Of a stretch of DNA of 64,000 nucleotides, positions 59,042 to 64,000 are shown piece after piece. This DNA is from Candidatus Aminicenantes bacterium (GTDB lineage Bacteria; Acidobacteriota; Aminicenantia; JAMOAD01). Each line of letters opens with the position of its first letter. Positions within the stretch are counted from its first letter, which is position 1. Both the position numbers and the translations under genes were made by a program. The stretch covers positions 12,211 to 76,210 of the forward strand of contig JAMOUT010000101.1 in the NCBI GenBank assembly GCA_027061995.1, read 5' to 3'. The notes beneath the pieces are model-generated. The model saw nothing but the letters and a program-made list of their open reading frames with translations. It did not search any database and was not told where the DNA came from.

Positions 59042-61711
59042 ATGGATGATAATTTTTTTCTTGATAATCTTCTGTTGCCAGCCGTTAAAATAAAAGATAA
59101 TAAAATATTAGATTATAATAAAAAATTCATATCCGATTTTGTAATAAAACAAGATATTTTAAATTCGGATATCTCCCGCATTATACATGAAAAAGATAAA
59201 GTTAAATTTGAAAAATTTATAAAAAGTAAACAATTAAAAATAAATTGCAATATAAAAAAAGGAAAAGTTTTCAGCCTATGTGAGATACAAAAAATATTCT
59301 ATGATGATAAAACAAAAGAATCAATTATAATTCTAAATTCCATATCAGGAAGTATTACCGAGAATAAAAATGAAAAAGGGTTTATAATCTCCATCCTGAA
59401 TGAAAAAGAGACCCAACTTGATTTTGTTGTTAATAGTTTGGATTCCTTTATATGGCAAGCTTATCTTACTGAAAGCGGCGAATATAGACATTCTGTAATG
59501 TCAAAAGGTTTAAAAAAAATATCCGGATATAAACCTGAAGAACTAATAAATAAATCCATTGAGTGGGATGACTTTGTTTATCCTGAAGACTTACCTATTA
59601 TTCAGAAGATGAGAAAGACAGCTTTGTCAGGTCAAAAAGTTGATTCTGAGTACAGGATTATATCAAAAGCGGGTAAAATAAAATGGGTGAGAGATATCGC
59701 AATCCCATACAAGGAAAAAGGTAAATTAAAATATTTAAATGGCTATTGTATTGATATAACAAAAGAGAAAGAAAGAGAAATAGAATTAAAAAAGATAAAA
59801 ACCGCAATTGAAGCTGCTAATGAAACCATCATAATAATGGATAACAAAGGGATAATCCAATATGTAAATCCCGCTTTTACAAAAATTTCCGGTTATTCTT
59901 ATAAAGATGCGATAGGAAAAGATATAAGAATCTTCAGAGGGGGTAACCTACCCCAGAAATATTATGATAGATTGTGGAAAACTATTCTTTCGGGAAAAAG
60001 ATGGCAGGGGAAACTGATAAAAAAGAGGAAGAACGGAAGCACACATGTGGTATCAGCCTCCATCGTTCCCATAAAAAACAGGAAAAAAGAGATAACAAAT
60101 ATTCTTACAATACATAAAGATATTACAAAAGAGGAAGAATTAAACGAATTATTTAAAGAGATAGTCGAAGCTCTTGGGGAGATAGGACTTTCATTTATTA
60201 TTATTCAAGATAACAATGAAAAGATGGGCATAATAACCTATGCAAATGAACTTTTTATGAAAATAACCGGTTACATGAAAAAAGAGCTAATAAATAAAAA
60301 ATCATTTTTTGATTTTATAAAAGACGAATTAAGAGAAAATTATAGAAAGAAATATATCCAAAGTAAAAAAATAAGAAATCTTTCTCTCACCTTTAAAACC
60401 CATTTTCTAACCAAAAAAGGGAGATTATCAGTGGAGGTCATAACCACAAAAATAGAATATCTCGGAAAGCCCTCTTATTTTGTAATAATTAAAGATATTA
60501 CAAAAGAGGAAGTATATGAAGAAAATATGAGACAAGCACAAAAATATGAAGCTTTGGGAAATCTTACAGCGGGTATAGCTCATGATTTTAACAATATTAT
60601 AGGGGGGATTCTCGGGTATATAACCCTTCTTAAAAAAGATGTTAAAGGAAATAAAAAAGCGGAAGATAAAATCAAAATAATAGAAAAAACAGGAACTAAA
60701 GCCACGGAACTTATTAAACAACTTCTCGGTTTTTCAAGACGGGGAAAATACGAAGCAAAACTTATAAATATCAATAAAAGTATTATTAATATGCTGAAAA
60801 TACTTGATAGAACTTTGTCAAAGAACATAGAGATTAAAAAATCTTTAGATAAAAACATAAACTCAATATATGCTGACCCATCTCAAGTTGATCAAATCAT
60901 AATGAATCTGTTAATAAATTCTTCTCAGGCGATGAAAGAGGGAGGAACAATATACATAAAAACAAAGGAACAAATGATTGATTTTGAATTTGTTAAACAG
61001 CACCCCTACGCCAAAAGGGGTAAATATATGGTAATGACAATAAAAGATACGGGAACGGGGATGAGTAATGAAACTTTGAAACATGTTTTCGAGCCCTTTT
61101 TCACGACTAAAAAGCCAGGGGAAGGAACAGGTCTTGGGCTTTCAACAGTATATGGAATTGTAAAAAATCATAATGGTTTTATACTAATAAACAGTGCGTT
61201 AAACAAGGGAACCGAGATTAAAGTTTATCTACCGTCAACAGGAAAAAAAATATTTGAAAAAGAGGAAAAAACCGAAGAGGAGAAAGATAAAAATAACGAA
61301 GGTGTAAAAGAGAAAAAAAACGAGAATAAAAAAGAGAATAAAAACAATGATTTCATCAAAAAGAAAATACTTATTATAGATGATGAGAAAATCATAAGAC
61401 AGATGTTAGAAGATTTTCTTTCAGGTAATAATTATAACACTGTTTGTGCGGAAAATGGTTTTATAGGTGTTAAAATATATAGGAAAATGAAACCTGATCT
61501 AACAATATTAGATATGAGAATGCCTGTTATGAGTGGAAAGGAAACTTTTAAAACAATTCGTAAAATCAATCCCAATGCAAAGATAATCATTATTACAGGT
61601 TATTCCCTTGATAATGATGTTAATGAAATATTAAAGGAAAAAGCGGTTGCATTTATTAAAAAACCATTTAAACTTGAGCAAATATTAAAATTAGTTGAAC
61701 ATCTTATATAA
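59042..61711 (+). CDS. cytoplasmic multi-PAS hybrid sensor histidine kinase/response regulator
   Basis: Several PAS/PAC modules. H-box AGIAHDFNNIIGG. HATPase N/G boxes. A K/E-rich low-complexity linker (KEEKTEEEKDKNNEGVKEKKNENKKENKNN). C-terminal REC (…LDMRMPVMSG…). Confidence 0.8.
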   Translation: MDDNFFLDNLLLPAVKIKDNKILDYNKKFISDFVIKQDILNSDISRIIHEKDKVKFEKFIKSKQLKINCNIKKGKVFSLCEIQKIFYDDKTKESIIILNSISGSITENKNEKGFIISILNEKETQLDFVVNSLDSFIWQAYLTESGEYRHSVMSKGLKKISGYKPEELINKSIEWDDFVYPEDLPIIQKMRKTALSGQKVDSEYRIISKAGKIKWVRDIAIPYKEKGKLKYLNGYCIDITKEKEREIELKKIKTAIEAANETIIIMDNKGIIQYVNPAFTKISGYSYKDAIGKDIRIFRGGNLPQKYYDRLWKTILSGKRWQGKLIKKRKNGSTHVVSASIVPIKNRKKEITNILTIHKDITKEEELNELFKEIVEALGEIGLSFIIIQDNNEKMGIITYANELFMKITGYMKKELINKKSFFDFIKDELRENYRKKYIQSKKIRNLSLTFKTHFLTKKGRLSVEVITTKIEYLGKPSYFVIIKDITKEEVYEENMRQAQKYEALGNLTAGIAHDFNNIIGGILGYITLLKKDVKGNKKAEDKIKIIEKTGTKATELIKQLLGFSRRGKYEAKLININKSIINMLKILDRTLSKNIEIKKSLDKNINSIYADPSQVDQIIMNLLINSSQAMKEGGTIYIKTKEQMIDFEFVKQHPYAKRGKYMVMTIKDTGTGMSNETLKHVFEPFFTTKKPGEGTGLGLSTVYGIVKNHNGFILINSALNKGTEIKVYLPSTGKKIFEKEEKTEEEKDKNNEGVKEKKNENKKENKNNDFIKKKILIIDDEKIIRQMLEDFLSGNNYNTVCAENGFIGVKIYRKMKPDLTILDMRMPVMSGKETFKTIRKINPNAKIIIITGYSLDNDVNEILKEKAVAFIKKPFKLEQILKLVEHLI

Positions 61712-61757
61712 AAGAACCCTTTCTTAAACATATCATGAAAAATTACGATATAAAAAC

Positions 61758-62279
61758 ATGAAGCTAACATCAATTTCTATTAAAAACAATTATAATTATA
61801 TTAATCTTAGAAAGGTGATAAAAGACAACAATATAACAATAAAAGATAATATAGTAAGCATAATATCAGATTCTGAAATCATTATTAAATTTCGTTTTTA
61901 TCAAAAAATAACAATAACCGATTCCAAAGAGTTTGACAATCTTATGGCAACAATAGAATCAATGGCGATTGAGCTTACCAAAATAGCAAAAGAAAAAGGG
62001 AGAAAAAGGATTACGGTTGTTTTTACCGACCCGAACAGCGCCGTTAAAATAGCAAGTTTTGAGCATGGAAAATACTTTAAACAATATCTTTCAATAGCAA
62101 ACATGATAATGTTATCGGATGAAATAATTTATCGAAATGATAAAGAGATAAAACATTATACTATAACACCCAAAATTGTAGATTATTCGATTAAAACCAA
62201 AACAGAAGTTTATGAACCGAGAGATTTATCACTCAAGATAACCAATAAAATCATTCATAAATTTTATATGACAGAATAA
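61758..62279 (+). CDS. hypothetical protein
   Basis: 173 aa with no recognisable motif. Convergent with ispF, with a zero-nt gap. Confidence 0.35.
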   Translation: MKLTSISIKNNYNYINLRKVIKDNNITIKDNIVSIISDSEIIIKFRFYQKITITDSKEFDNLMATIESMAIELTKIAKEKGRKRITVVFTDPNSAVKIASFEHGKYFKQYLSIANMIMLSDEIIYRNDKEIKHYTITPKIVDYSIKTKTEVYEPRDLSLKITNKIIHKFYMTE

Positions 62280-62762
62280 TCAATCTCCCTTTAAAAGAAC
62301 TATGGCGTAAGCTTTTATCGCTTCCCCCTTTCCTATCTCCCCTATTTTTTCATTTGTTTTGGCTTTTATACTGATATTTTCCTCGGATATTTTTAATGCT
62401 GCAGAAAGATTTTTTTTCATTTTATCAATATACGGGTTTATTTTCGGTTCTTCCGCTACTATCGTGCAATCAAGGTTTGTTATCTCATATTTTTTATTAT
62501 TCATAATCTTAACAGTTTCTTCTAAAAGTATCATGGAATCAATGTCTTTATATTTAGAATCATTATCGGGAAAATGAGAGCCTATATCCTTTTCCCCCAT
62601 TGCTCCCAAAATAGAATCTATTATGGCATGAATTAAAACATCTCCGTCTGAGTGAGCTATAAACATTTTATGATACGGGATTTTAACACCTGCAATTACA
62701 ATAAATTCTCCGTTCTTCTCAAGTCTGTGAATATCATAACCTAAACCAATTTTTATTCTCAT
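62280..62762 (-). CDS. ispF: 2-C-methyl-D-erythritol 2,4-cyclodiphosphate synthase
   Basis: GLGYDIHRL…, HSDGDV(L)IHA, and GxHFPDxDxxxKxxDS metal/substrate motifs. Confidence 0.9.
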   Translation of the reverse strand: MRIKIGLGYDIHRLEKNGEFIVIAGVKIPYHKMFIAHSDGDVLIHAIIDSILGAMGEKDIGSHFPDNDSKYKDIDSMILLEETVKIMNNKKYEITNLDCTIVAEEPKINPYIDKMKKNLSAALKISEENISIKAKTNEKIGEIGKGEAIKAYAIVLLKGD

Positions 62763-63197
62763 TTTTTCACTATTTTTATTGTAATATATTTTTAGGAAAA
62801 TTCAAAATCATTAAATATAAACCCCAAAAATCGGATAATAAAGATAAAAACATTGGCAAGATAGCGAGAATATCATAAAAGAGTATAAATGGGATATAGG
62901 GTTGAGGAAGTTTTCATCGGGAGATGGACACAGGAATGGAATAGTGTTTTTATTCGGAGCAATAGCTCAGAGTTCAATAAGATATTTTTTGTCCCCCTTT
63001 TTCAGGATAACTCACTTTGAGCGTTTGTATAATAATAAATATATTAATATAAGAGTGCGAAAAAAAGCAAAAAGGTGTAAAATTAAGAATAAAAGAGAGA
63101 AAGAGAAAATGAGAAAAAGATTAAAGATAGAGATATTATTAAAGAGGATTGGAGGAGGAGAATCTTCGAGGCTTTTCAGACGCAACTTATATAGCCC

Positions 63198-64000
63198 TTA
63201 AAGCCTAAATCTATACCTATGAATCACCTGAGGGACCACATCTCCTGTCTTTTCATCAACTCTGTCTGCCTCAACCACATATACATATCCGTCCTTTACA
63301 TATCTTATATATCCTTTAAAAGGGATTCTTACCCCCTTAGCTATTGTTTTACCGTTAAATGTGTGTATATTGATAAAAGAATCTTCGGAATTATATTTTT
63401 TATACTTTAAAAGCCTTACAAAAAAATACCTGTTATTTATAGCTGCTGCATATGTAGGTGCAAACTTACTCTCCCACCATTTTTGATTTTTCTTTGTTAA
63501 TCCGTAGGGAGTCTCTCCATAAGGAAAATGCCCTTTGAACGGAAAATATTTTGTCTCTTTTTCCGCAGTATATGTTTTTACGAGTTTTAAATTATAATCA
63601 TATTGGTATATCTTGTATTTATTAGGGAAAATATATAAAAATCCGGTTTTATCGGAAAGTTCGGATATTCTGAAAGCACTGAATACCGTAATAAATTTTT
63701 TAAGAGGTATATCATCCGGCATAAATGCTGAGCTTATCATCTTACCATTCATATCATACTTATGAATGACATAATTATCAGAAGTATAGGGAGCCGTAGC
63801 TATTATTTTATTATCCGGACTTATGAAAAAATTTATGAAAGGGTCTTTTAAACTAAATTCCCTTTTATAATTATACCCCGGATAGGAATAAATTATGATT
63901 TTATACTTACCCTCATCCCTTATGTAGAGATTATCCTTTAAATCAAAACACGGATTAATAGGAACTAAATACTCGCCGGGGCCTTGCCCTTTTCTTCCTA
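63198..64000 (-). CDS. beta-propeller (GQGPGE-repeat) protein, paralog of 7482..8609; 5' end outside window
   Basis: The minus-strand frame stays open from 63752 to the window end (hand-translated: …GRKGQGPGEYLVPINPCFDLKDNLYIRDEGKYKIIIYSYPGYNYKREFSLKDPFINFFISPDNKIIATAPYTSDNYVIHKYDMNGKM…). Same motif family as 7482..8609. Confidence 0.5.
   Translation of the reverse strand, partial: GRKGQGPGEYLVPINPCFDLKDNLYIRDEGKYKIIIYSYPGYNYKREFSLKDPFINFFISPDNKIIATAPYTSDNYVIHKYDMNGKMISSAFMPDDIPLKKFITVFSAFRISELSDKTGFLYIFPNKYKIYQYDYNLKLVKTYTAEKETKYFPFKGHFPYGETPYGLTKKNQKWWESKFAPTYAAAINNRYFFVRLLKYKKYNSEDSFINIHTFNGKTIAKGVRIPFKGYIRYVKDGYVYVVEADRVDEKTGDVVPQVIHRYRFRL

Noticed and set aside
62956-62970. tRNA-like start ggagcaatagctcag
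   Set aside because: It resembles an acceptor/D-arm 5' end, but no anticodon stem, T-arm (GTTCRANYC) or 3' acceptor complement follows. No cloverleaf can be drawn.
62902-63201. 99-aa ORF in the ispF upstream region
   Set aside because: Low-complexity K/R/E-rich translation from a purine-rich tract. No RBS and no recognisable fold. Most likely non-coding.
1-64000. CRISPR arrays, rRNA genes, IS elements/transposases, integrases, toxin-antitoxin pairs
   Set aside because: No regularly spaced direct repeats, no rRNA-like conserved stretches, and no ORF with DDE/tyrosine-recombinase or toxin-antitoxin signatures were seen. The only repeat family is the short aagcctcgaagc unit.

Overview
This is a gene-dense, low-GC window (roughly 30% GC by eye) from a diderm, Gram-negative-type bacterium. 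LptD, TolQRAB, TonB-dependent receptor-like barrels and HldD are all present. A tungsten-type aldehyde:ferredoxin oxidoreductase sits next to MoaD/MoaE, which suggests an anaerobe. I cannot place the organism from sequence alone; it is possibly an uncultivated lineage.

Core and housekeeping content, all recognised from classic motifs:
- gdhA, carrying the GGAKGGSDFDPKGKSD motif.
- The nusA-infB-DUF503-rbfA-nrnA cluster, with infB carrying GHVDHGKTTLLD.
- glnA, moaD/moaE, rmuC, recO, mgtE, rpsU, lptD, trmD, tolQ-tolR-tolA(TonB-like)-tolB, a GT2 glycosyltransferase, hldD, a THUMP/RlmL-like methyltransferase, pyrE and ispF.
- A tRNA-Gly(CCC) with an upstream TTGACA-17-GATAAT promoter.
- The conserved bacterial alpha-2-macroglobulin (CIEQ thioester) plus PbpC pair.

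Accessory and less ordinary content:
- A 5' module of a TPR/beta-barrel porin-like protein convergent with a CE4 deacetylase and a GH18-like hydrolase (PGA/PNAG-like exopolysaccharide modification).
- A bactofilin translationally coupled to an LplA-N-like ligase.
- A probable amine/polyamine-type catabolic island: CN-hydrolase, GyrI-like/BPL_N protein, class-III aminotransferase, large OM barrel and sodium:solute symporter, governed by an odd MerR-HTH + XRE-HTH + cupin regulator.
- Two hybrid sensor kinases and one 7TM-type sensor kinase.
- A GspG-like pseudopilin-domain protein coupled to hldD.

The most unusual structure is an Avd-like / 23S-rRNA-IVS-type four-helix-bundle protein gene (57183-57539). 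It is embedded between repeat-rich flanks that include a ~32-bp near-perfect inverted repeat (57093-57124 vs 57759-57793) and multiple copies of an aagcctcgaagc unit. This looks like an rRNA intervening-sequence cassette lying outside any rRNA gene. Second is a ~400-bp ORF-free, nested-stem-forming intergenic block upstream of tolQ (candidate sRNA). No CRISPR array, rRNA or transposase was seen.
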